From an uncultured Candidatus Saccharibacteria bacterium (GTDB taxonomy: Bacteria; Patescibacteriota; CPR2; UBA1875; CAIMLA01): a DNA stretch of 37,900 bases. Positions 15,958 through 24,950 of the stretch are shown piece by piece. The notes under the pieces are model-generated. The model made no database searches, was not told the origin of the DNA, and worked only from the letters and a program-made list of their open reading frames with translations. A program made the translations under genes and the position numbers. Positions within the stretch are counted from its first letter, which is position 1. Each line of letters opens with the position of its first letter. The DNA lies in assembly GCA_964471065.1 (NCBI GenBank), contig CAYYEV010000002.1, positions 1 to 37,900 on the forward strand. Reading direction: 5' to 3'.

Positions 15958-17098
15958 CTTGCTCTCCTTTCTGAGTGTGCTTACTTATATTCAATAGTAT
16001 ACCAGAAGCAAACATCAACATAATAATTGATGATCCGCCGTAACTTATAAAAGGCAACGGCACACCGGTCAAAGGCATCAAGGACAAGATAGCCATGATA
16101 TTGATCAAAGACTGGCCAACGACCCAGGTCGTGATACCGACAGCCATTAATCTGGCAAAAGTGTCCGGCGCTTCCGATGCTACCTTGAGACCACGAGTGG
16201 CATAGCCGACGATAAGGACAATCACCAGAAAAGCGCCCAAAATGCCCAATTCTTCTGTAATAACAGCAAAGATTGAATCTGTTGCCGCTTCGGGCAAATA
16301 ATTGAACTTTTGTCTGGATTTGCCAAAGCCAAGACCCAAAATACCTCCCGAGCCAATGGCTAGTAGTGCCTGATTGACATGATATCCTTGTCCGCTGCTA
16401 TCTGCAGTCGGATTCAAAAAAACGGTAAAACGGGCCATTCGATATGGAGCACTTTTTATTAGATACACGATCATCCCTACAGCTAGAGCGAGCATGCCTA
16501 AGATGTGGACTTTTCTTGCTCCGGCGACCAGATAGATAGCGCCGGCAATTACCGCCAGGACAACGGTCGTGCCCATATCCGGTTCTGCAATAACCAAACC
16601 GCCGACCAGGGCCAAGATCAAAAGAAAAGGTAATGTCCCACTAAAAAGCTTCTTTACTTCTGTCCCCTTGCTTTCAAACCAAGCTGCCAGGTAAATGATA
16701 AGGGCTAGTTTCGTTAGTTCGGATGGCTGAAATTGCATAAAGCCAAGGTTAACCCAGCGGTGAGCTCCGTTTCTCTCAACTCCGATACCGGGCAAAAAGA
16801 CAGCAATTAGGGCGAGAATGCTTAGAATCATAAGAATCGGGGCAAATTTTCTCCAGAAGCGGTAGTCAAGTTTTAGCCCAAGAAAAAATAAAATAAGACC
16901 GACGCCGACACTTCTAAGCTGAGTGAAAAAATAATAGTTAGGGTTTCCGGCTTCTTGCTGACTAAGGACGACTGAGGCCGAAGAAATCATAATCAGACCA
17001 AAAATCAAAAGAAGCGCCGTAATGACAGTCAGGACCGGATCGGGGCTACCCAACCCACTCTGGGCTCGTTCTTTGACTGCGCTTCTAGATAAAGCCAT
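15890..17098 (-). CDS. ftsW: SEDS peptidoglycan glycosyltransferase FtsW/RodA family
   Basis: A 10-TM protein with QPSELTKLALIIYLA and PEAATDSIFAV motifs. Its 3' end overlaps murG by 68 nt. Confidence 0.88.
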   Translation of the reverse strand: MALSRSAVKERAQSGLGSPDPVLTVITALLLIFGLIMISSASVVLSQQEAGNPNYYFFTQLRSVGVGLILFFLGLKLDYRFWRKFAPILMILSILALIAVFLPGIGVERNGAHRWVNLGFMQFQPSELTKLALIIYLAAWFESKGTEVKKLFSGTLPFLLILALVGGLVIAEPDMGTTVVLAVIAGAIYLVAGARKVHILGMLALAVGMIVYLIKSAPYRMARFTVFLNPTADSSGQGYHVNQALLAIGSGGILGLGFGKSRQKFNYLPEAATDSIFAVITEELGILGAFLVIVLIVGYATRGLKVASEAPDTFARLMAVGITTWVVGQSLINIMAILSLMPLTGVPLPFISYGGSSIIMLMFASGILLNISKHTQKGEQVAHNRLWRRNWRAYIPGFGSNQ

Positions 17099-18150
17099 TA
17101 GAGGCTTCCCCGCCCAACCAAAGCAACAGCGACGCCGAGGACAGCCGTAACTGCCCCGATAACCCAGAACCTCATTGTTACTTTAGTCTCCGGCCAGCCT
17201 TTGGCTTCCAGGTGATGATGAATCGGTGCTGACAAGAAAACCTTCTTGCCGTGTCTTAATTTCTTTGACGTTAGCTGAATAATGACAGAAAGAGTTTCGG
17301 CGACAAAGACAAAACCAATTATTGGCAAAACCAAAACCGTATTTGTCAACATTGCCACGACGCCAAGGGTCGCCCCCAGGGAAACTGCTCCCGTATCGCC
17401 CATAAAAAACCTGGCCGGAAAAATATTAAACCAAGTGTAGGCTAGGGTTGCCCCGGCAACAGTACCGCAAAAGATAGCCAAACCGTAATTGCCTTGGAAA
17501 AAAGAAATGATAGCATAGGCAGCAAAAGAAGTTGACAAAAGTCCACCCGAAAGCCCGTCCAAACCATCAGTGATATTGACAGCGTTAGCCGTGGCAATCA
17601 CGATAAAGATAAAAAGCGGAACGTAGAGCCAACTGATTGTCAAATCCCCCCAAGCCGGAATATGAATGATATTCCAACCAAGCTTGGCATAGAACCACCA
17701 GGCACCGATGGCGGCAAAGATGATAAGCCAAGTCATCTTGAATTTCGATCTCATTCCGGCCAAACCGCCGGTTGAACGGATGTTAATATAATCATCGACT
17801 AAGCCCAAAAGACCGATTGTAATCATCGTAAACAGTGGCAGCCAAGTCTGAGCTCGGTCAAGGTTAAAAAGCAAGGTCAAGATAGCCACTGAACCCCAGA
17901 TGATAACGCCGGCCATTGTCGGGATATGCCTTTTGTGCTTGGCCGCATGAATTTTATGAAAAACCGGTATTGCTTTGCCGCCCATATCCTCAGTCTTTAC
18001 CTGTTTCCACCATTTGTATTTATAGGCAAAGTGAGTAAAAAGCGGCGTCAAGATGATCGCCAAACTAAAAGAAGCGAATGAAAAGAAGAAGAGCTTGATC
18101 AAAAACGGAGTAACTATTTGTTCATTGATAACGATTGATGTAAGTTCCAT
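17098..18150 (-). CDS. mraY: Phospho-N-acetylmuramoyl-pentapeptide transferase MraY
   Basis: Motifs are NAVNITDGLDGL and MGDTGAVSLG. I prefer ATG 18150 (MELTSIV...), which has an aggaga RBS. The listed GTG 18171 would sit on that RBS. Its stop overlaps the ftsW start (TAATG). Confidence 0.9.
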   Translation of the reverse strand: MELTSIVINEQIVTPFLIKLFFFSFASFSLAIILTPLFTHFAYKYKWWKQVKTEDMGGKAIPVFHKIHAAKHKRHIPTMAGVIIWGSVAILTLLFNLDRAQTWLPLFTMITIGLLGLVDDYINIRSTGGLAGMRSKFKMTWLIIFAAIGAWWFYAKLGWNIIHIPAWGDLTISWLYVPLFIFIVIATANAVNITDGLDGLSGGLLSTSFAAYAIISFFQGNYGLAIFCGTVAGATLAYTWFNIFPARFFMGDTGAVSLGATLGVVAMLTNTVLVLPIIGFVFVAETLSVIIQLTSKKLRHGKKVFLSAPIHHHLEAKGWPETKVTMRFWVIGAVTAVLGVAVALVGRGSL

Positions 18151-18167
18151 TTGTTTTCTCCTCTGCC

Positions 18168-18190
18168 CCACATACCGTACTGGTATGTGG
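18168..18190 (-). other. Hairpin in the murF-mraY intergenic spacer
   Basis: ccacatacc-gtact-ggtatgtgg is a perfect 9-bp stem immediately upstream of the mraY RBS. No U-tract follows. Confidence 0.3.
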
Positions 18191-18243
18191 CCTGCCGTTA
18201 GACTTTTATTTTATCGAAACATCGGGGACGTTTACTGTCGAGG

Positions 18244-19524
18244 CTATTTAAAGCATTTCTCTTTTTTCTTTTGCCAAAAGCCAGACTGCCGAACCAGCTC
18301 TTCCCCTGCTTTTGCTGGTGTAGCCATAATTATTTTAACCGTTTCTTCAACAAAGACTTTATTCTGTGACCCTTTGACTAGGATGATATCACCTTTCTTG
18401 ATAGTTTTCTTTAGATATTCTCCGGCAGCGTAAGGATTATCAAACGACTGGATGCTTTCCTTTTTCATCTTTGCCTCGGCCTTTGGGACAATATGAGCTT
18501 TGGCCAGTTCTCCGACCGTAATTAGAATATCACAGGCCTCTCCTGCTTTCTCCCCTACTTCTTCGTGCCCTTTTCTTTCATAATCACCAAGTTCATTCAT
18601 ATTGCCCAAAACAGCAATTTTCCGGCCAGGCATTCTTGAAAGAACGTCCAGGGCAGCTATGGTTGAAGCAGGATTAGCATTATAGCTATCATCAATGATA
18701 GTCGAATCATTTGTCCCCTTAACTAGATTCATCCGGCCAGGCACCGGCTTAAATTCTTCTAACTTCTTTAGAAGTTTCTTTGGCTCTTTGCCTAGATAGA
18801 GAGCAGCCGCAAGAGCAGAAAAAAGAGATGGCAAAAGCTGAGGAGCAATAATTTGTAAATTCAAAGAATGTTTCTCTTCTTTCCAAATGAAGTCAACCGA
18901 GGTGCCGTCCGGAGAAATTTGTTCTTTGCCCCAAGAAAGATCAGAGCCTTTCCCTTGGCCAACAAAAAGGATTTGGCTTTTTGTTTTTTTGGCCATTTTT
19001 CTGACCAAGATGTCATCATTATTCAGAACCGCTAAATCGTTTTCCGTCAAGCTTGATAAAATTTCGCTTTTCTCCAAAGCTACCGCCTCAACGTCTTTGA
19101 AGTTTTCCATATGAACAGGCAAAACTGTCGTCACAATAGCGATGTGGGGCTTGATAAAAGAGGTCAGGTGAGAGATATCTCCCGGCCTGTCTGCGCCCAG
19201 CTCTAGAACAATTCTTTTGTAGTCGGCTTTTTTGAAGATAGTTAGAAACATCTTTAACAAAATCTTAAGCCAAGAGCCAAGGCTACCAATCCTTTCCGGC
19301 GTCCGAAGTTTAAAAACAGCTAAAGGGACCCCTATCTCCGTATTGTAGGCTTCTGTCGGGGTATATATATCAGAGTCAGTCAAAAGTTGAGCCAGAGCTA
19401 GTTTGGCGGTTGTCTTGCCAGCCGATCCAGTAATAGCAATTACCTCAATCCGGTTTTTGGCTAGATAAATCCGGGTCAGGGCCGCCAGAAGAAAAGTGAT
19501 TATTTTTTTAAAAATATTTTTCAT
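18244..19524 (-). CDS. murF: Mur ligase, most likely UDP-MurNAc-tripeptide--D-Ala-D-Ala ligase MurF
   Basis: The ATP-binding motif is IAITGSAGKTT. The central and C-terminal Mur ligase domains are recognisable (IIDDSYNANP). It lies between ftsI and mraY. Confidence 0.75.
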   Translation of the reverse strand: MKNIFKKIITFLLAALTRIYLAKNRIEVIAITGSAGKTTAKLALAQLLTDSDIYTPTEAYNTEIGVPLAVFKLRTPERIGSLGSWLKILLKMFLTIFKKADYKRIVLELGADRPGDISHLTSFIKPHIAIVTTVLPVHMENFKDVEAVALEKSEILSSLTENDLAVLNNDDILVRKMAKKTKSQILFVGQGKGSDLSWGKEQISPDGTSVDFIWKEEKHSLNLQIIAPQLLPSLFSALAAALYLGKEPKKLLKKLEEFKPVPGRMNLVKGTNDSTIIDDSYNANPASTIAALDVLSRMPGRKIAVLGNMNELGDYERKGHEEVGEKAGEACDILITVGELAKAHIVPKAEAKMKKESIQSFDNPYAAGEYLKKTIKKGDIILVKGSQNKVFVEETVKIIMATPAKAGEELVRQSGFWQKKKEKCFK

Positions 19525-21216
19525 TATCTTATTTTCTCTGTCGGTGGAATTTGGTAATACTTCAACAAAAAGTCTAACATCTTTCCGACAATCGGAGCAG
19601 CCGAACTTTCGGCCCAGGGGATTCCTTTGGGTTCATCAATCTTGGCCAAAACAACAAATTTCGGATTGTCAGCCGGAGCAAAACCGACAAAAGTACCAAT
19701 ATTTCTACCCGAGCTATAGCCGCCTCTCGGGTCCGGTACTTGGGCCGTCCCTGTCTTGCCGGCGACTTTATAGCCAGCAACCTTAGCCTGATAACCGTGA
19801 CCGTTGTCAACAACTGAAACCATCATTTTTGTCATATCATTGGCGAGACAGCCTGTCTTATTTCTTTTGGCTCGGTTTTTTTGGTTTCTTCCTTGTTGTT
19901 GTCGACCGTTTTTTGGACTATATAGGGCTTCATCATCTTGCCATCGTTAGCAATGGCAGCAAAGCTAGTCAGCATTTGAAGCGGGGTAACCGAGATACTT
20001 TGGCCAAAGCTCATCGTGGCATAACCATGGTCGTTTAGCTCTTTGGGACTATAGACCTTACCCGATGTTTCGCCTGGAAGCTCTATCCCCGTCAGCTCGC
20101 CAAAGCCGAAATTATTCACATATCGATAAAAACTATCTTTTCCGAGTTCTCTGGAAACCCAGGTTGAACCCGTATTCAGAGATTCTTCCAAAACATAAGT
20201 CATGGTGCAAATGCCATGAGCTTTCTTGTCAGAGTTTCTGATTGTATAACCATCTAGGGTTATCTGACCGGTATCTTCGAATTTAGTCTCGGGCGTTATC
20301 TTGCTTGCATCCAAACCAGCAGCCAAAGTTATAACTTTAAAGACTGATCCCGGTTCGTAAGTATCATTGACGGCCCCATTTTTAAAGATATTATAGCTAC
20401 TCAGCTTGATTTCGGCATATTTGTTGGGATCAAAGTTCGGGTTCGTTGCCAAAGCCAAGATAGCGCCCGTTTCAGGCTCCATCACAATAACTTGGCCGCC
20501 AGCTGCTCCAAATTTTTTGACTGCGTCATTTAACTGCTGCTCGGCTTGTCCCTGGATGTATCTATCAATTGTTAGGTATAGATCGGTGCCATCAACCGGC
20601 GGTTTAGAAACATTATCGCCAAAGGCAATTTCCACGCCGGCATGGTCTGCTTCGGCCTTCAAAAGTCCGGGGGAGCCACTCAGGTCTTCATTGTAATACT
20701 CTTCTAGGCCATAGTTGCCCTTAAACTCAGCATTGACGAAGCCTAAAAGATTTGAGGCTAATTTTCCTTCCGGATAGTAGCGCCAGTTTTCAGCCGTTAG
20801 GCCGATTCCTGTCATTTTTTTATCACGAATTTTATCGCCTTGCTCCTTTAAAAGCTTGTGTTTTATCGGAACATAAGTGTCAGAAGTGCCATACCCAAAA
20901 CTACTGATAAAAATTGGGCTGCCTCTTCTTTATTTTCTAACTTCTTTGGCTCGACAAAAACCAAGTCTAGGGCTTGGTTCGTTGCCAAAAGATAAGGCGA
21001 ACTAGAAATTGTATCCGCAGCATAGATCTTGCCTCGTTTGGCCGGAATAACATCTTTGATCCAATGCTGAGAAGCAGCTAGCTTAAAAAAATAGTCATGT
21101 TTTACTATTGTTAGTTCAACGACACGATAAGAAATTATTGCGACGAGAGCGACAAAAATAAAAAAAACCCAAAAAACCCTCTTTCGCTGAACAACTGCGT
21201 TGTGATAACTTTTCAT
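19524..21216 (-). pseudogene. ftsI: Class B penicillin-binding protein (FtsI/PBP2-like transpeptidase) broken into three ORFs (21216-20863, 20815-19832, 19835-19524)
   Basis: The N-terminal TM and dimerisation part is in ORF 1. SVFK (SxxK) and SLN (SxN) are in ORF 2. KTGT is in ORF 3. Each junction needs a -1 frame change. The ORF2/ORF3 junction is an ATGA stop/start overlap. Confidence 0.8.
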
Positions 21217-21263
21217 GAAGCCTAATCCTAATGAACCAATGCGTCTATTTTACCTGAGAAAGC

Positions 21264-21602
21264 TCACTTGTTCAAAGCAATAGTGGTAGGCGCTGTCACA
21301 TAATTTATTTTTTTGACCGGTACCATGCCGGAACTCTTAAGTCCACTTTCGATTTCTTGAATCGATTGTAATCTTGATGCCTCAATTTCCAAACGCTCTC
21401 TTTCGGCCAAAAGTTCCTGTCTTTCTTGTTCCAGTTTGGCAATATCATAGCCCCTTACGGCCATTTTGTTGGATTGGGAAAGATAAAGCAAGCCAGAGGC
21501 CAGGACCAAGGCCAGAACAACGAATATGAAGCCAAACTTTCCCAAACGGAAATGTGGCCTATAATTCCTATTAAATTTTCTTCGCCTTGTTCTATCCTTC
21601 AT
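21264..21602 (-). CDS. ftsL: Cell division protein FtsL-like (single TM helix plus coiled coil)
   Basis: I prefer ATG 21602, which has an aggggaggg RBS. The TM helix is FGFIFVVLALVLASGLLYL, followed by the coiled coil KLEQERQELLAERERLEIEASRLQ. Confidence 0.7.
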   Translation of the reverse strand: MKDRTRRRKFNRNYRPHFRLGKFGFIFVVLALVLASGLLYLSQSNKMAVRGYDIAKLEQERQELLAERERLEIEASRLQSIQEIESGLKSSGMVPVKKINYVTAPTTIALNK

Positions 21603-21732
21603 CTTTCCCTCCCCTTTCGTCCCTCCGGCGCTTATTTTGAGCACTAGAGAGTTTTTTGTTTTTATCTCGGCTTTGTTCACCCCCGATACCTGTTGCCGGG
21701 GTGCCCTCCTTTAAGGCTTCTTGTCTTCTTTT

Positions 21733-22662
21733 TTATATCTTTTCCGCCACCCTTAGTCTGGCACTTCTGCTTCTTGGGTTGTTTCGGATTTCTTCTTCTC
21801 CTGGTTGAATTGACTTTTTGGTAATGATTCTTATCTTTGGCTTGCGCCCGCAAACGCATTCCGGAAAATCCGGCGGGCATTTGCAAGGGTTGGCTTGTTC
21901 TCTGAGAAAGTTAGCGACGATCTTGTCTTCTCTGGAATGGAAGGTAATGACGGCAATTCGAGCTTCTTTCTCCAGAAGACTTGTAGCTTTTGGTAGAAAC
22001 TCGGCCAAATGGCCAAGCTCGTTGTTTACTTCCATCCGAATTGCTTGGAAAGTTCTCGTTGCCGGATTGACGCCTTTTTGCCGGTATTTTTTGGGGATAC
22101 TGTCCCAGACTATTTCTGCCAGCTCAGAAGTCGTTTTGACCGGTTTTTTTGACCGGGCAATATCTATTCTCTCGACTATCCGGGTGGCAAATCTTTCGTC
22201 GGCAAAATTTTTTAGGATTTTCGTCAGTTTATCGACCGGATAACCGTTTACGACCATTTCGGCTGTTAACTCCTGGCTTGCGTCCATTCTCATATCAAGC
22301 GGCCCCTCTTTAGTAAAGGAAAAACCTCTCGAAACCTCATCAAGTTGATATGAAGAAACCCCCAAATCAGCCAGAATGCCGCCTGTGACCTGGATTCCTC
22401 TAGCTGCTTCGTCAATCCTTGAGAAATTACTAAGTTTGTCTCTGAATCTGTCTCCATATTTCTCCAATCTTTTTTTTGAAAGATGGAGAGCTTCGGTGTC
22501 TTGGTCAATCCCAATCAGAATTCCGTTGGGAGCTGTTTTCTCTAGGATTGCTTCGGCATGACCGCCGAAACCACAAGTAGCATCAATAAAGTTTTTGTTT
22601 GCCTTTGGCGTCAAACACTCTACTACCTCATGTAAAAGAACCGGGATATGTTCTTCCTTCAT
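21733..22662 (-). CDS. rsmH: 16S rRNA (cytosine1402-N4)-methyltransferase RsmH (MraW)
   Basis: Motifs are HIPVLLHEV, DATCGFGGH, DLGVSSYQLD and TFHSREDKIV. Confidence 0.93.
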   Translation of the reverse strand: MKEEHIPVLLHEVVECLTPKANKNFIDATCGFGGHAEAILEKTAPNGILIGIDQDTEALHLSKKRLEKYGDRFRDKLSNFSRIDEAARGIQVTGGILADLGVSSYQLDEVSRGFSFTKEGPLDMRMDASQELTAEMVVNGYPVDKLTKILKNFADERFATRIVERIDIARSKKPVKTTSELAEIVWDSIPKKYRQKGVNPATRTFQAIRMEVNNELGHLAEFLPKATSLLEKEARIAVITFHSREDKIVANFLREQANPCKCPPDFPECVCGRKPKIRIITKKSIQPGEEEIRNNPRSRSARLRVAEKI

Positions 22663-22867
22663 CTATTCCTTTCTCGAACAAGTAGCTAGCAGTCAGATGG
22701 CCCTGATGGGCCAAAAAATGAGTTCGTTTTGTTTTCATTTTTATTTTGATTTTCTAGTCTCACTAGATTGCTTTTTAAGGTGGAAATTTAGTTGGGCTAA
22801 ATTTGAGGTGGATGTTTGTTCTAAGGTGCTCGCTGGCTGCTAGCTACCTGCCCAAGGTGACTACTTG

Positions 22868-23290
22868 TTAGATCCCTAATTCTTCAGCGATATTGACGCT
22901 GTCTTTTTCAATGTTCTCTCTATACTCTTCCCAAGTCTTGGTCGACCAGATTTCGACGTGATCGCCCAGACCGGTAACAACTACTTGATTTTTGACCCCG
23001 GCATATTGCCTCAGGGCTGACGGCAAGTTAATCCGTCCTTGCTTGTCTATCTCCGCCGTAAAAGCACCGGAAAGGATAAACCGGGCGTAGGCCCTAGATT
23101 TACTCTGAGTCAATGGCAGGCTTTCCATCTTCTCTACCATCTTGTTCCAGGCTTCTTCTGGATACAAAGAAAGACAGTTGTCCAAACCCTTCGTCACAAC
23201 TGCGCCTCCAGCGAGGCGGTTGCGGAATTTGACCGGGACAGCCAGTCTTCCTTTCTCATCGATATTGTGAATGTATTCACCTATAAACAT
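22868..23290 (-). CDS. mraZ: Transcriptional regulator MraZ
   Basis: It has two SpoVT/AbrB-like halves: MFIGEYIHNIDEKGRLAVP and TAEIDKQGRINLP. The start is probably ATG 23290 (MFIGEY, as in the B. subtilis MFMGEY). Upstream in-frame ATGs at 23296 and 23320 are possible. Confidence 0.9.
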   Translation of the reverse strand: MFIGEYIHNIDEKGRLAVPVKFRNRLAGGAVVTKGLDNCLSLYPEEAWNKMVEKMESLPLTQSKSRAYARFILSGAFTAEIDKQGRINLPSALRQYAGVKNQVVVTGLGDHVEIWSTKTWEEYRENIEKDSVNIAEELGI

Positions 23291-23334
23291 TTGCATCTTT
23301 TCCCTGGGTTTGGTAGGCATTTATGCTCATAATT

Positions 23335-23390
23335 CCCCACTTATCCCCACTTTCTTCCACTTGATACAAGTATATACCACTATTCCCCAC
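23335..23390 (-). promoter_or_regulatory. MraZ operator array: five GTGG(G/A/T) boxes in exact 10-bp phase
   Basis: The plus-strand hexamers CCCCAC, CCCCAC, TTCCAC, TACCAC and CCCCAC end at 23340, 23350, 23360, 23380 and 23390. On the coding strand they read AGTGGGGA, AGTGGAAG and AGTGGTAT. Confidence 0.7.
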
Positions 23391-23436
23391 TTTGTCTATA
23401 ATATTTTTTTGATAAGAAGGTAAAAAAGTAGTATAC

Positions 23437-23469
23437 AAAAAATAATGGCTACTTGTAGCCATTATTTTT
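23437..23469 (-). terminator. Intrinsic terminator after rplA
   Basis: aaaaataatggcta-cttg-tagccattattttt is a perfect 14-bp stem with A/T runs on both sides (so it could act in either direction). Confidence 0.75.
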
Positions 23470-23517
23470 AAATTACTCTTATTTTAGCTTTATATTTCTA
23501 GCAAGTTTTCCACAAGA

Positions 23518-24405
23518 CTATTTATGCTCTATCTTAAGACTTGGACCCATTGTCGTTGTGATATAGATACTTCTGATATAAGTCCCCTTAACACCACTCG
23601 GTTTTACTTTGACAAGGGTCGTTACTAGCTCTTGATAGTTTTTGACCAGGTCAGTTTCGCCAAAAGAAACCTTACCGATGATTGTATGGACGATACCACT
23701 CTTGTCAGCCCGATACTCGATCATCCCTGATTTTAGATTTTTGACTACTTTGGCAATATCTTGGGTCACTGTTCCGACTTTGGGATTTGGCATTAGCCCT
23801 TTTGTTCCCAAAATTTTACCGATTTTACCGAGACTTGGCATCATGTCCGGAGTGGCTACAACGACTTCAAAGTCAAGCCAGCCTTTTTCTATCTTTTCAA
23901 TCAAGTCAGTGCCGCCGACATGGTCGGCACCGGCTTCTTTGGCTTCCTTTTCTTTGTCAGGGCCGACAATGGCCAAGACTTTTTTGATTTTGCCCGTTCC
24001 AGCCGGCAAGACGAGGCTGCCCCGGATTTGCTGATCCGAATTAGCCGGATCGATATTGAGTCTGACATGAACTTCGACGGAAGCATCGAATTTGACAGTT
24101 GAGGTTTTTTTGACAAGATCAATCGCCTCTTCTGGAGTATAAAGCTTACCTGGCTCAAGTAACTCCGCTACTTTTCTGTAGTTTTTTGAGTATTTCTTTT
24201 CGCTATTTTTTAATTTATTCTTCTTCGGTTTAGATTCGGCCGATTTTTCTGCCTTTTTGGTTGTCTTTCCAGTCTTCTTCCCTGATTCTTTTTCGGCTCG
24301 CTTTAGGTCGGTTTTTATTTCCGCTTCGGTGGGCTCTTCTGTAGCTTTTTTCCCAACCTTTTCAGGTTCTATCTTCTTCTTGGTGATCTTTTTCTTCTCT
24401 GCCAT
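23518..24405 (-). CDS. rplA: 50S ribosomal protein L1 with a Lys-rich N-terminal extension of about 70 aa
   Basis: The core reads KNYRKVAELLEPGKLYTPEEAIDLVKK...VHVRLNIDP...GTVT.DI. The first approximately 70 aa (MAEKKKITKKKIEPEKVGKK...KKNKLKNSEKK) have no counterpart in typical L1 proteins of about 230 aa. Confidence 0.92.
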   Translation of the reverse strand: MAEKKKITKKKIEPEKVGKKATEEPTEAEIKTDLKRAEKESGKKTGKTTKKAEKSAESKPKKNKLKNSEKKYSKNYRKVAELLEPGKLYTPEEAIDLVKKTSTVKFDASVEVHVRLNIDPANSDQQIRGSLVLPAGTGKIKKVLAIVGPDKEKEAKEAGADHVGGTDLIEKIEKGWLDFEVVVATPDMMPSLGKIGKILGTKGLMPNPKVGTVTQDIAKVVKNLKSGMIEYRADKSGIVHTIIGKVSFGETDLVKNYQELVTTLVKVKPSGVKGTYIRSIYITTTMGPSLKIEHK

Positions 24406-24506
24406 ATTACTCCTTTGTGGTTCGAGCGATATTTTAAATACCTCCCACTAAATTAGTTCTTTATACAAAATTCTTTATTTTTTCATTTTTAGTTTTTATT
24501 TTTTAA

Positions 24507-24932
24507 TTATTTTTCTACCTCTATCCCCATTGACCGAGCAGTGCCAGCGATAATCTTTTCTGCCTGTTCAATCGAGTGAGCATTGAGGTCTTCCATCTTT
24601 GCTTCAGCTACGCTTATAAGTTGGGCCTTGGTCATCTTACCAACCTTCTCTTTTTTAACCGAACCAGAACCTTTGGACAAGCCGAGTTCTTTTTTGATTA
24701 GCTCAGCTGCCGGAGGTTGCTTCATAACAAAATCAAAGGTTCTATCTTCATAGATAGTGATGACACAAGGAATAACTGTTCCCATTTTATCTTTCGTCTT
24801 TTCGTTAAAAGCCGAACAAAAATCCATAATATTGATGCCAGTTGGGCCTAACGCTGTACCCACCGGTGGTGCCGGGTTGGCTTGGCCTCCTGGAACTTGT
24901 AATTTGACCTTTTTTAATACCTTTTTTGCCAC
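24507..24932 (-). CDS. rplK: 50S ribosomal protein L11
   Basis: [34 protein letters not shown] is the conserved N-terminus of L11. Confidence 0.95.
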   Translation of the reverse strand: MAKKVLKKVKLQVPGGQANPAPPVGTALGPTGINIMDFCSAFNEKTKDKMGTVIPCVITIYEDRTFDFVMKQPPAAELIKKELGLSKGSGSVKKEKVGKMTKAQLISVAEAKMEDLNAHSIEQAEKIIAGTARSMGIEVEK

Positions 24933-24950
24933 TTTTTCTCTCCTAGAGGA

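Noticed and set aside
21677-21886. 69-aa Arg/Lys-rich minus-strand ORF overlapping the 3' end of rsmH
   Set aside because: It is an alternative frame of a well-supported gene with low-complexity basic translation. The same applies to 21818-22243, 22290-22514 and 22376-22561.
23642-24451. Cluster of short ORFs on both strands inside rplA (23642-24034, 23787-23987, 23901-24158, 23920-24102, 24257-24451)
   Set aside because: They are frame shadows of rplA and its Lys-rich, codon-repetitive extension. None has independent support.
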